A stretch of DNA of 63,958 nucleotides, counting the filler, from Reclinomonas americana ATCC 50394 (taxonomy: Eukaryota): the NCBI GenBank assembly GCA_048213135.1. It is 7 parts of 3 records of this genome, joined end to end, with 100 filler letters (N's around TTAATTAATTAA, not from the genome) between each part and the next. Parts side by side here need not be neighbours in the genome. Positions count along the whole stretch, not along the records: positions 9,215 to 24,978 come from PS015169.1; positions 25,079 to 33,873 come from PS015169.1; 5 more parts are not named here. The stretch is one strand, 5' to 3'. The position numbers and the translations under genes are program-made. Shown piece after piece: positions 12,538-30,869 of the stretch. Below the pieces are notes generated by a model. That model ran no database searches. It was given only the letters and a program-made list of their open reading frames with translations, and was not told the DNA's origin. The number at the start of each line of letters is the position of its first letter. Position 1 is the stretch's first letter.

Positions 12538-14556
12538 TCACTCAACAGCAATGCAGTGTCGCATATCAAACTGCACCACGCGTGGACGAAGCGACAAGCG
12601 ACGTCCAGCGGTGCTGGCTGTGGGTGGCGAAGGCGCGTTACTGACCACCTGGTCAATGTCGAAACCAAAGGAGCAATCCTTGCGCGTCAACACAATCGGT
12701 GGCAACGACGTCGCCGACGACAGCGAAGACGACGACGGAACCACTGGTGGAGTTGGCGGCTGCTGCTGCTGCTGTTGTTGTTGTTGTTGCTGCTGTTGTT
12801 GCCGCTGCTGCTGCTGTTTCAGTCGCGCGACGGCGGCCGGGCTGCGAGGCCACGACGCCGCACTGCGAACGAGAATGCCGGTTTTTGGAGGATCGGGAAG
12901 CGGTGGCATTGCCATCGAGGTCATTGCCGCTGCTCCGCTAGCAGCACCTCTCCTCGCTCCACCTTCACCGTCGACTGAGCCGTGCGCCTCGCTAGAGGTC
13001 ACGGAGCTTGTGGCGGCAGAAGAAGCAGACGTGTTGTGCGAATCGGTTCGTGCTGCAGTTGCCGTCTCTGCTTCCTGGTACGCGCCATCATCTGCGTCCT
13101 CGGTCGACATGGCATCCTCCGAGAACGACGACGTCCCTGACTCGGTGGACGACAGGGACGGCGATCGCCGCACCAGCAGATTCAACTTGCCGCCACCATC
13201 GAGAACGGCCAGATCCTGCGGCGACAGCGAACACATGCCGCCAATCAACGACGCCAACAGTGGCGACGGTAATCGGCGGGTGGGTGATCCGGATGCAGCA
13301 GCCAGACCGCTGTCCACCGACGGTGCTCGCGTGGCGTGCGGAAGCGAGGCCGAGCGACGCGATCGTCTGTGAGCACCACCGCACACGGTCATGATTGTCA
13401 GCGCACATCGAGGAGTTGGAACTGCAGGATGCACATCCTACTCGGTCTTCGTTTCTTTCCCAACTACTCTCCCTCTTCCCTCTCGTCCTCCCCCTCCCCC
13501 ACCCAGCGGCATGACAAACCTGGGTGGTGACTTGACACCTTCGATGAGCGGCGACGACCCTCCAGCGGTCGGCGCAGGCGCCGTCTCCGGCGATCGCACC
13601 CTCCGACGCTCCCGGTCCGCATCCTCACCCGACGACGACGACATGGCACCACTGCTCGGCGACGACGACGACGCCGACCAGGCGGCATGACTGCCGCCAC
13701 CGACGGCGGCAGTTGCGGCCGACACTTGCAATTGACCAAACGAAACTCTCGGACCCGCCGTCGGTCTCCGCACCCCAATGCCCCCGCCCGCATTCGTCCC
13801 AAAGATGAGCTCGTCGCCACCCCCTAACCGACCATCATCGTCATCGTCATCGTCATCATCATCATCATCATCATCATCGTCGTCGCCATTCCCACGAGGC
13901 TTATCACCACCAACACCGCCATGACGATTCGTTGACAGCGGTCCAAACGTCGGCGGCGACAGCAACGCCGGTGGCGACGACGAGTCCGACAGCATCGACA
14001 ATGGTGTAGTCGGCGACGACATGGACGACACCGTGGTGCTGCCGGAGCCCGCCGACTTGATGCGTAATTGGACACTGGCCACGGTGTTGCCACCACTCGA
14101 CGATAGCGACGACGGCGTGGAGTTCACCGTCGGCGTCGTAACCGCAGTGCCAGTGCTGGCACGACGAGCGCCCACAATACCACTGTTGCTGCTATTGCTG
14201 TTGCTGTTGCTGAGTGCGTTGTGGTGGCGGCGCGACATGACGCTGGCCGAACTGCCGGCACGTTTCAGACCGCGAGACACAACTGGTGGTGGCTGCTGTT
14301 GTGTGTCACTGGCAGCCTTCAGTCCCCCTCCCCCTCCTGCTCCTGCTCCATGTGGCAATGAGGGCAACATGGAGTCGATGCCCCACACGAGCTGCGCCGT
14401 GACCAGCATCGCGTCGCTGCTCTGTGGTGTGCTTGCGTGATTGGCCACTTGGTACTTGCGTGCTGCGCGGCGGCGACTTCCTCCTCCTCCGCCGCCGCCT
14501 CCGCCACCTCCGCTGCTGCGACCAGAGGCGGCCGACACACTCGTGCGGCACCCCAT
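12538..14556 (-). CDS. Low-complexity S/G/D/Q-rich hypothetical protein with MGC N-terminus
   Basis: Two long ORFs joinable by a GT-AG intron at about 13424-13502. It has poly-D and poly-Q tracts, a PRVSFG motif and no recognisable domain. Confidence 0.55.
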
Positions 14557-14810
14557 CGAGTCAATCAATAAATCACAATCAGACAATGTTTAATGGACAG
14601 ACGTGCGGACTATCGAGCTCGCAGGTGAACGTTACGACTGCAACGTTTTTTCTGGTTTTGTGGTGGGAGAAGAACAGAAGCGCGCCGCGTCCTCTCTCTC
14701 TCTCTCTTTGTGTGTTTGTTTGCTGTGTTGTGTTTGTTTGTTGTGTCTGTTACGTCCGTTTGTGACTGTGAGAGAAGACAAGAGAGATTGTATAATTTTT
14801 TCGAGAAGCA

Positions 14811-17800
14811 ATGACCGAGGTGGAATCGACCTTGTTTGGCAACGTGATCGTGCTGTCGCGCGCTGGCACCGAGGGTGCGGCGTTTCCGCTGGAGGACCGC
14901 GAGTGCACGTTTGGCCGGTACGCTTGTTTGTCTGTGTGCGTGTGTATGTGTGAGTGTGAGTGTTTGTTGACGACTTGGCGGGCTGCAGTGGCCCATCGAG
15001 CGACATTCGCATTCAGCTGTCGACCGTGTCGCGGCAACATGCGCGCATCTATGTTGACGAGAAGGAACAAGTTACGGCGCATGCTGCCCGTTTGCGGCGG
15101 GGCAGCACACACTGAAAGACACATGTGACACACAGGTGTGGATTGAGAACTGCAGCTCCACGCAAGAGACCATTGTCAACGACGAGGTAATTCAAGGCCC
15201 AGTGCTGCTGAGCAACCTGGATGTCATCACCATCGCCGATCGCATGTTCCGCTTTGAAGGTGTGTCCCCACTGCTGACCGCCGCTGCTCGCATGCGCATC
15301 GCCTCACACACATGTCAGCTGCACTCAAGAGCAAGTTGACGCCTGGTTCTGGCAAGAAGCTGGCAGTCGCCAAGCGCTCTCCATTTGCCGACAGCACCAA
15401 CATTGCGGCAAAGAGCGTGAACCCGGTGAATCGCATGGCCAGCGACGACACCCTGACCATGCCGCCGAAGAAGAGCCCGGCTCCCTCCAAGGCTCCTGCG
15501 GCCGAGGACCGCGAGAACGCCCGACCGGCCTCTGCCAAGAAGTCGGTGAGTGATGTCGCAAGCATGCCACCTCATGTCCCCCGACCCATTCTCAAATGTT
15601 GTTGTGTGCCTCGCGAAGTTGGCCACTCCGTTGCGACAGGCGCTCGCGAATCGCCGCCGAGTCATTGAGGGTCACGACAGCAGCGTCGATATGTCGAAGA
15701 GTTGCGTCGCTGCCTCCCCACGCTTTCTGTCCGTGTTCACTGGCTCACGCACTGTGTGCGCGCGCGTGTGTGTAGGTTCCCAGGAGGAAGATTTTGACAA
15801 GCCAGAGCCGATGGTTGAGGAAGTGGCCGTCGTTGAGCCCGTGCCGCAGGCCGTTGCTCCAGTGCCAGTGCCAGAGTCGGTAATGGAGGAGAAGGAAGAG
15901 GAGAAGGAGGAGGAGGAGGAGAAGTTTGTCGTTGAGCGCGTTCCGCCTCCCTCTCGCCTGATGACCCCGCTGCGCCGCGATATTGAGGCGCGACGCTTGC
16001 CGAGCGCTCAAAAGTCACGCGCGGTTGCCGCCTTTGTGGCGCCGCAGTTTGAGGAGCGCGAGGCCGACCTGTTGCCAGTGGACGAGGACAATGACGATGA
16101 TGACGAGGAGATGGACCTCGTGCCTATTGCGGCAACGGCCAAGCCGCTGATGGAGGAGGACACGAACGGTGCAGCCTCTCATCTCAAGTCTACGAGTCTT
16201 ATTTTGTGATGCTCATCGTGTTCATTCACCCAGATTTCTCGTCGGTCATTCGACGCCTGTCCATGGACCTCGACGGCAGCTTTGCCGCCAATGAGGGTGT
16301 GTGCATGCATGTGCATTGCCTTGTCAACGTGTTGTCTACCTGCACTCACAAGCATGCGATGTAGAAATCGAGTCTGTGCGCGTGGAGGCCCCCAAGAGCC
16401 TGTTTGCCAAGATCAAGAAGCGCCGCATGACCGCCTCGGCCCTGCCCACTGCCTCTGTCACTCCGTCGGCATCCATCAAGAAGCCGAAGAAGTCGGCGGC
16501 CAGCACCGACCGCAAGAAGGCGAAGAAAGTGAAGAAGATCAAGCGCAGCAAGTCCGCCGCCGGCGCCGCCGACGAGGAGGACGAGGAGGCCGTGGCCGGT
16601 GCGTTAAACCATGATAACGAACTGTCTCTTCCTCTACTGACTCACCTGTTAACGTCTGTTGTGTGCAGTTGGCGACGACTCCTTCACCCAGCGCGTGATC
16701 AATGCCAACCCCTCGTGCAGCATCACCCCGATGAAGCGATCGTCGGAGAAGCAGCCGCCGCCAGAGTCGATTCTGCTCCGTTCTGCTGCCTCGGCTGCCG
16801 CCGCCGCCGCCATCATCACCCCTGGTCGCTTCAGCGAGAGTGGCAAGACGCCGCGAGAGCGCCGCAAGAGCGTGCAGTGGTCGGAGCGCCTCGAGCGCAC
16901 CTCGCCGACTGTCCCCTGCGGCCGTCTCTCCGCCGTCTCCATCCTCGACGAGTCTGGCAACAGCCGCCTCTCGGTGGGTCAGCTGAGCTCCAGCGCTCCC
17001 GACCAGTCCATGGTTTGTAAGAATCGATGCTGCGCTGTGCCTCTATTGATCTGACATGACGGTGCGCAGGCGACGCCTGGACACTTTGTCGAGGGCGAGA
17101 TTCCGGAGACCGACGAGCATGACTCCGAGGTGGAGGACGAGGAAGACGCTGAGCAGGCAACTGACGGTCCGACGGCCATGGAGACGGAAAGGTATACCAA
17201 CGTGTCGTGCATGCATGTGGTGGTGGTTCTTTAAGTGTCCTCAATTCCACGGGCCTGCCACAGCGTGGAACCCCAGCGCCGCCTCAACACGCCGTTCAAG
17301 AATGAGCTGATGGCCGCGGCTACCAGCAAGACGCAGAGTCGGTACGTGTGTTTGTCGCAAGAGCAGAGTGTGAGAGACTCGGGTTTTCTCACTCGCTGCT
17401 ATCTCAGTGCCAAGCGCCTGCAAACTCCACTGAAGAATGAGCTGTTGGCTCTGGTGGCTCGCAAGCAGACAACAGTTGTTGCGACCGCCGAGCCCACCGC
17501 TACCCCGTCGCCCGCGCCCAAGGCAGCAAAGGAGGAGGAGATCAAGTGAGTCGTCACCTGCGACTCGAATGCGTTGCTTTGCCTGCTCACTTCTTCCATC
17601 AGGCCACGACGGCTGCAGACGCCTCTGAAGAACGAGTTGGCCAATGCTGTGGCCAACAAGCGCAAGGCTGTTGTGCCGGCTCCTGCGGAAGCCGTCATGT
17701 GAGTGTTCTCTCTTGCATCTCCCTCCCTCTCGCTTCAACGTACTCACTCGAAAATGACAGCAGCCAGCCACGCCTGCAGACTCCCATGAAGAAGGAGATC

Positions 17801-20262
17801 GCCGATAAGGCGGCCATGCGACAGCAGCAGCGCGAAGCCAAGCAGCAGCAGCGCCTGACCACTCCGGTCAAGGCGGAGCTGCAGGCCAAGGCAGCGGCGC
17901 TGGGTGAGAAGAAGCGTGCCCAGCAGGAGCCTGTGCAACGACTGGCCACCCCCATGAAGCGAGAGATTGTGGCTGCTTCCGGACGCGTGCAGCAGAGCAT
18001 TGCAGAGAAGCAGCAGGCGGCCGAGTTTCGTGGTGCACGGAACGCATGAGATCCACGCGCATTTCCTGTTCTCACTGCGTGCTTGTTGTTAGTCACCGTC
18101 TGCAGACTCCGCTGAAGCAGGAGCTGGCGAAGAAGAGCGCCGAAGTCAACAAGCAGCTGGCCGAGAAGAAGTTGCCGAACAAGCACATTGGCACGCCGCT
18201 CAAGTCGGAGCTCAAGAGTCGTAGCCAGGAAGTGCGCGAGGCACTGGACGAGAAGCGCATGTGCGTGTGTGTTTGACAGCGAAACTGCGTTCTTGCCCAT
18301 GTACTTTCTGACACAAATGGCACACTGCGCAGTGACGGCAAGCACATGTCGACCCCATTGAAGCGCGAGCTCATGCAGCGCAGCGAGCAGTTTGTCGGCG
18401 AGACGACGTACGTGACTTCCACGGCCAAGACCCTGGCGACGCCGCTGAAGCGCGAGATTGCCGAGTCGAGCAACCGCATGCGCGAGAATCGGTGAGTGTG
18501 TCCGTGGCTCCTCTTATCTAAATGCTTTTTTGCGCTCACGTGTGCGTGCAGGCCACAACCGGCACCGAAGGTGCTTTCCACCCCTGTGCGCTCGGAGCTG
18601 GTCGCATCGGCTCAGGCTCGTGCCATGGCCCGCCGACCAGTCACCGCTCTGCCATCGCCGCTGCGCGAGGAGTTGAAGCGCGGCCAGTTTGCTCTTGCAC
18701 CAGCGCCAAAGGTGAGAATGTGATGACGTGGCTTTTTATGTCGCCCCCGTGGAAACTCAAAGAAACCCAATGCACAGCCACAGGAAGCTGTGCAGGAGAA
18801 GGTGGAGGAAGAGGTCGCCGTTGTGCCATCGTCGCCCGAGGCTGCGAGCAACCAAGAGAATGAGGTCGCGGCTGACGATGAGGACGGTGAGGTGTTCTTC
18901 CGAGTCCGCAACAAGCGCAACTATGCGGATGTTGGTGAGGAACCGTCACTGTGTCTGCTGTTCATCGGTGTTTACTAATTCCTGCTTGCAGAGGAGGATC
19001 TCGACGACATCATGTCGCCGCCTGTCAAGAGCCCCGGCCGCAAGCGCCGTCGTCTGGGCACGCCGTCGGCCAAGTCGGCACCTGTCGCAATCAGAACAGC
19101 GCAGGGCAAGGTTCCGTCTTTCTTCCCACTCCCCACTCTTGCATCGCGCAGACGTCGCTGACGTACTGTTCTACGCAGCGCCTGACTGCACGCCGACGCA
19201 AGCTGGACGCTGCACCGGTGGCGGTGCCGCTGGCCAAGTTCGATCCCAGCCTGTTTGAGAATCTGCGCAATGGCGCCGCAGCGTCGGCTCGCGCCGCCTG
19301 GGTGCAGTCGCAAATGTCAAACGGCAGCAACGTGTTGCGTGAACTGGTTATAGTGTGTTCAGTTCCCCCTTCTAGTGATGCTCACCCCCGTGCACAGAGA
19401 ACCGCGCTCCGCGGCCTTTACATTTGCCGAGCTGAAGGCTCTGAAGGCGGCAGCCGATGCCGCCGCCATGGCGCCACCGGCCCCGCAGATGGCTCGCAAG
19501 TCGGCCACCCCACTGAAGAGTGCCACCCCGCTGAAGAGCGCCACCCCACTGAAGAGTGCCACTCCGCTGAAGAGTGCGTCGACGCCGACTCGTCCACCAT
19601 CGACCAGCAAGCGCACTCGTGTCGCTCGCGGTGTGCAGCAGACTGTTCCCTCGGTGGTCGTGGTGCCCCTCGGCTCCCACGCGCGCCTGCTGACGCCAAT
19701 GGCCGACGATGCGTTCCAGGTGGAGTTCGACGAGCCCCCAATGCCACAGCCGGTGTTCGAGGCCGCCGAGCCGGAGCCGGTGGCTGAGGAGAAGCCGGCT
19801 CGCAAGGGTCGCCGCGCAACCATCTCCACCAAGAAGCAGGAGCAACCGGAGGAGGTGGAAGACGAGGAGGTGGAGCCGGCACCACGCAAGCGCGGAGGTC
19901 GCCGTGTCACTCAAGTGCCCGAGGAGCCAGAGGCGGTCAAGCCCAAGAGCCGTCGTGGCGCCGCTCGCCAGCCAGTGGTGGAGGAGGAGGAGGCGGAGCC
20001 TGTCGCCGAGCCGATTGAGATTGTCGAGGAGCCACCGAAGAAGCGCGGCACCAAGGTCAGCGTGTATGTGTGTGTCTTCGATGCCCACTACTCTGTCTGA
20101 CGCGCATGCTCCTTGTACCACCAGCGCTCTGCGGTCGCTGAGCCCGAGCCAGTCGAAGCGACAGAAGAGCCCGCATCCAAGCGCGCCTCTCGACGCCGCA
20201 CCGTGGCTCCCGCCGAGGTGCCCGCACCCGCCGCACGAAGCACTCGCTCCCGTCGCGCATAA
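14811..20262 (+). CDS. Ki-67-like protein: N-terminal FHA, PP1-docking motif, repeated TPxK CDK sites, basic/acidic tail
   Basis: The spliced FHA reads VIVLSRAGTEGAAFPLEDRECTFGRGPSSDIRIQLSTVSRQHARI...ENCSSTQETIVNDEVIQGPVLLSNLDVITIADRMFRFE. It also has RRKSVQW, about 14 RLxTPLKxEL-type units and KSATPL repeats across roughly 20 exons. Confidence 0.8.
19498..19578 (+). repeat. 18-bp coding tandem repeat (KSATPL x4+)
   Basis: aagtcggccaccccactg / aagagtgccaccccgctg / aagagcgccaccccactg / aagagtgccactccgctg. Confidence 0.9.
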
Positions 20263-20576
20263 TCAACTTTCATCAACCAACAATCAGCCTCACAATCACC
20301 ACTCTCTCTCTCTGTTGTTTCATCCGGTGTCTGTCTCTGTTCTCCCTCTCTCTGCCTCTCGCTGGTCGTTTTTTTCTCCTCGAAAGCAGACAACATCGCA
20401 ATCCGCGCCCCTCAACGAGCGCCAATACAAACACACACACTCATCATGAACATTACGACGATTGTACAATGAATGAGAAGCTTCTCGCAGTGCAAGAAAC
20501 TTTCTCATTTCTCTCTCACACACTCACACTCACACACGCACGCACGTCTGATGTGCATCACTGCACGACCTCTCTC

Positions 20577-20735
20577 TCAGTACTCCATGTCTGGCGGCAT
20601 CTCAGTGGTCAAGTTGTAAATCAAAATGGGATCGCCATTCTCGCATGTGGGCGCCTCCGCCTGCTTGTATGAGCAGTCCAGTGATGCGCATGCGCCGTCG
20701 CCAACAGCCTCTTCCACTTCGCTTCCAAAGTCCAT
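20577..20735 (-). CDS. Possible 52-aa microprotein divergent from RAD51C
   Basis: ATG-initiated ORF MDFGSEVEEAVGDGACASLDCSYKQ... with coding-like GC3. No homology recognised. Confidence 0.25.
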   Translation of the reverse strand: MDFGSEVEEAVGDGACASLDCSYKQAEAPTCENGDPILIYNLTTEMPPDMEY

Positions 20736-20826
20736 GATTGATGTTGGTGAGTGGACAGTCGCGGACAGTTTCCGCGCGCATGACGTGTCGGTTTCCCGCA
20801 TTGAAGTTTGCATTCGAAGCACTTTG

Positions 20827-22568
20827 ATGGAGCTGTCGGTGCTTGACTTGCCGCCTCAAGTGCGCGCGCGTCTGCAGGCAGCAGGGTTTCAGAGTGTGGA
20901 GGATCTGCGGTGTGTGTCCTCTTTTGTGCACTCTCTCTCTGTGTGCACTCTGACTGTCGTGTGTTGCAGCAATGTCAGTGCGCGAGATGTGGCGAAAGGT
21001 GTGTGTGTGTGAGAGAAGAACAAGTAGAGAGAGAAGAGCAAGAAAGAGAGAAGAAGAAGGAGAGAAGAAGGAGAGGAGAGAAGAGAGAGAGAGAGAGATC
21101 AACGCTCACCGTGCCTTGCCTGCGTGATGGGGACTGCTCACTGTCTCTGTTCTATGTGTGTGCAGAGTCGGGCGTCAACATGCGACAGGCGCAGAGTGTG
21201 GTGAGTGCTGTGGCGACTGTGCTTGGCACGGTGACAGCAGCCGCTGCTCCATCGGCTGCGTCGGAGAGTGGAAGTGGGTCGGCGTTGTTTGGCACCAGTG
21301 CGTTGGAGTTGTTTGAGGTGAGCTCGTGGAGAGAGAAGGAGACAATGCATTGATGATGATGATTTTCGTCGCGTGTGCCAGAGGCAGAAGAGCCGCAACC
21401 CCATCATCACCTTCTGCAAGGAGCTTGATGATATGCTTGGTGGCGGTGTGCAGTTGGCCAGTGTCACCGAATTCTGTTGCGTTGTGCTTCTCCTTTGTGC
21501 ATCGCCTTCTGTGCATCGCTCATAATGGAGCAGGCGGCATTCCCGGCATTGGCAAGACACAGCTGGCCATTCAGCTGGCTGTCAACGTGTGCATTCCGGC
21601 CGCCTTTGGTGGCGTCGAAGGAGAGGCCGTGTACATTGGTTTGTGTACAAGGGCGCGTTTGTGTTGGTGTGGCAGTTGTCTAAACGTGGCGATGCAGACA
21701 CCGAGGGCAGCTTCACTGTCGACCGCTGCGAGGAGATGGCGACGGTCGTGGTGAAGCACTTGCGCAGTGTTCGTGCACGGTCACCGCAAATCCAGGTGCG
21801 TCGCTTCCATCCCTTGCTTTCTTGTCGTTCCCGCGTGCCGATCCGCGCCGCGCCAGATCACGGACGAGGAGTTTGAGAGCAAGTGCAACGTCGACCACAT
21901 CCTCGGCAGCATCCACTACTTTCGCGTGCACGACCATGCCGAACAGGTATATACAAGGAGTCTTTTCCCCTGCTTCACTGTTTCCTTGTCTCACCACCTC
22001 GGCGACCCAGATTGCCACCATCAACACCCTGGCGCATTTCATCGCCACCCGTGCGCCGCGCGTCAAGCTGGTGGTGCTCGACTCCATCACCTTTCACTTT
22101 CGACACGAGTTCTCCAACTTTTCCGCACGCTCGCGTCTCCTGCACGGCATTGCACAGTCGCTCTCCGAGTTGGCCAACGAGCGCGAACTGGCCGCCGTCA
22201 TTATCAATCAGGTGGCGTCGCGCTGTTGCTTTTTGCGTCACCCACCTCTGTGCCTCACCCTCATCATTGCACGTCTCCCGCAGGTCACCACACGCTTCCT
22301 CTCCGCCACATCGGCGCCGTATCTCGCACCCGCCTTGGGTGAGAGTTGGGCGCACGCCACCACGCACCGTGTGGTGCTCTCCTTTGCGGAGGGCGCGCAC
22401 GACGACGAGGGTGGCGTGCTCGCTTCCGCGAGCGTGCGCACAAGGCGGGCCGAGTTGCACAAGAGCCCCTCGCAGGCCGCCGGTGTCGCCAGATACGTGG
22501 TCACCAGTGATGGAATCCGCGGTGTCTCGTCAGCTGCCGCTAGAAGAGAAGGCAGTGGTGGGTCATGA
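20827..22568 (+). CDS. RAD51C: DNA repair protein RAD51 paralog C
   Basis: [85 protein letters not shown] and [10 protein letters not shown]. Confidence 0.93.
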
Positions 22569-22607
22569 TGTACAAAGAAGAAGGCATTCATGAAGATCTT
22601 GTTATTG

Positions 22608-24690
22608 TTATAATTGCTGTGCACGCTTCCGTATCGCTGTCACGCCGTCGCGCATGGGTAGCAGAATGACGTCGCACGCACCGGCTTCGGCTTCGGCAAG
22701 CAGGCGCCGGTTGAATGCCCGCAAGTAGACGGCGCGCTTCTTGTCGTTGCTGTTGGACCACGGCGGCCACGTGTTGATCGACTCGTCGACGACGAGGCCA
22801 CGGAATAGCGTGTTGTCGAACACGGCCAGACCACCGTCACGCAGCAGCGGTGTGCGCAGCAAGGCGTCCAAGTAATCGCCATACGACTGCTTGTCGGCGT
22901 CCACAAAGGCAAAGTCGAACGACGGTCCCGTGTACGACTTGACGAATGCGCGTGCGTCTGTGTGATGCACGTCCACCTGGCAGCGCGGACCGACCACCGC
23001 GTTCAGCTCGCGCAACGACTGGCGCACGATTTCTGCATGCTCCGCCGACGACTCCAGCGCCACGAGCGCACTCTCGGCACCCTCCAGCGCGCTGGCCATC
23101 CACAACGTCGAGTAGCCGGTGAAGGAGCCAACCTCTAGCACCCGTCGCGCGCCAATCGACAAGCACAGGAAGCGCAACAGACCGCCCACGATGGGACCGC
23201 ACATCTGCGCGCAGTCGATGAGCAATCCTGCATGTGTCTCTCATCTATATCACACCACCACCTCATCGTACCATGTGAGCCTCGTCGGGGTATGCCGCCA
23301 CGGTGCGCTTCTCCACCTTTTCCAACAGGGGCCGGAGGTACGCGGGTGCCGAACTGTGCAGCTGCGCGTACATTTCCAACCTGCGCGGCTGTCAACAAAT
23401 GATAATGCAACACGAGACCGCGCGCATCGAGAAACGCACCGGTGTACGTCGCTAGCGAGGTTTCGTGTGGCGTGCTTGCCACAGTCGACCGTCCTCGCCG
23501 GCGGAGAAGCGGGAGAGTCCTGCGACGACATGAACCGCGTCGAAAAGTTCGCGTTCCACGGACTCGGTGCCTTGTTGCGATCTGCATCGCACTCAGCACG
23601 CACGCACGCGCGCCAGCGGATGAGAGTGCACGACGAGTCACATACCATCAAACACAAAATTCTCGCCGTGGAACAGGGATCGCACCGAGCGACCCGATCG
23701 TCGCACCCAGTGCAGGTAATTGTCAATGCCACCGTCGAGACGCCGCACATCGGAGAACCCCTGCATAACACTCGTCAGCCTCCTTCTCCTCCTTTTCTGT
23801 TCGCCTGTACAACGCAACCATCTCCTTCAGGTAGGCACCGGCCTTGATGCACCGAATGCCGCCAGTGCAATACATGTACACTGGCTTGTCGCGCGGCAAC
23901 GCCGCCGCCAGTCGCGGCAACGCATGCGTAAACGTCTCCCGAAACGTGTCCGTCTGCAACGGCGTGGCGTTCTCAAAGCGACCAGTCTCCGACTCATACC
24001 TGCACTCGCATCAACAAAAGAGGCCACCACGGACGTAACCAAACCCCCCCCCCCCCACCCTGCGCATGCAAAACGCACCAGTTGCGAACATCCAACACCA
24101 CCGGTCGCTGCTGCGGCTGCTCCAGTGCATAATGCCACTCCTCTGGAGGCAGCGCGCGTCCACACAAGTCGTCCAAGTTGGCCGGAATCGCTCTCGAGCT
24201 CAACAACCGCTGATTCACCACATGCGTCGCCTCCAGCCCATCATTGACCAGCCGCTGCTTCAAGCGCACCACCAACGAGCGAAACGGAAGCTCCTCTTCT
24301 CCACACTGCTCCCATTCATCGTCATCACTCAGCACGAGCACGCGCACAGAAGACATTGATTGTATCATTTACCTGCTCGCCCAGTCGCACCACTGCCTGC
24401 TCACAGCGCACCCACTCCCGCAAGAGCGCGCTCACTGCCGACACGTGCTCCACAGGCACACACAACTGCGCATTGACACCCTCGTGCATCGAGAGGAACA
24501 CGCGACCGACGGCCGAGTGTGCGCCGAGCGCGCGCGTCCACTGCGCACGCACGCCCTCTGCACGCTCCTCATATGATGATGATGATTCTTGTGAGGTAGT
24601 GCACGGGAGGAGAGGTGTGTAGTGGTAAAACGTGAAGAGCTGGTGAGTGGCGGGGAGGGCGCGACGAGCAAGGAGCGCAGTCGCCAGCAT
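22608..24690 (-). CDS. TrhO (YceA-type rhodanese tRNA U34 hydroxylase) fused to a CCoAOMT/TrmR-family O-methyltransferase; putative mitochondrial presequence
   Basis: TrhO part: FYHY, GRVFLSMHEGVNAQL, LDVRNWYESETGRFENA, MYCTGGIRCIKAGAYL, RLDGGIDNY and FHGENFVFDDR. It splices in frame to MMCGPIVGGLL..VLEVGSFTGYS..FDFAFVDADK..DNTLFRG..PMRDGV. The N-terminus is MLATALLARRAL. Confidence 0.85.
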
Positions 24691-25103
24691 ATGAAAGAGA
24701 AACTGTGGGACAACTTGGCTCTCATAGGCTCCTCCCATTCTACACTCTCGTGCAGTTGAATTAACATGGGAGAGGGAGGCGCATATGAGGAGGAGAGGAG
24801 AAAAAAACAAGAGAGAGAAAAAGTGAGGGAGACAACTGCACTGTGCAGTTGCAAGTCTCTCTCGATTGCTGCGCGGGAAAATGGTAAAGGAATAAGCAGC
24901 GAACTGGTAAAGGAGGGTTGTGTGTCTGGGCGTAACAAACAAACAAACAAAAAAACAAAAAAAGCGGCGGGGCGGAAGNNNNNNNNNNNNNNNNNNNNNN
25001 NNNNNNNNNNNNNNNNNNNNNNTTAATTAATTAANNNNNNNNNNNNNNNNNNNNNNNNNNNNNNNNNNNNNNNNNNNNTGTTTTTTTAGGTCCGCGGAGA
25101 TGC

Positions 25104-30805
<5,702 letters not shown>

Positions 30806-30869
30806 GAGTGCGAGAGTGGGGGAGAGAAACGAATGGAAAAAGCTGTATCAATCAATGCGCGGACATGCG

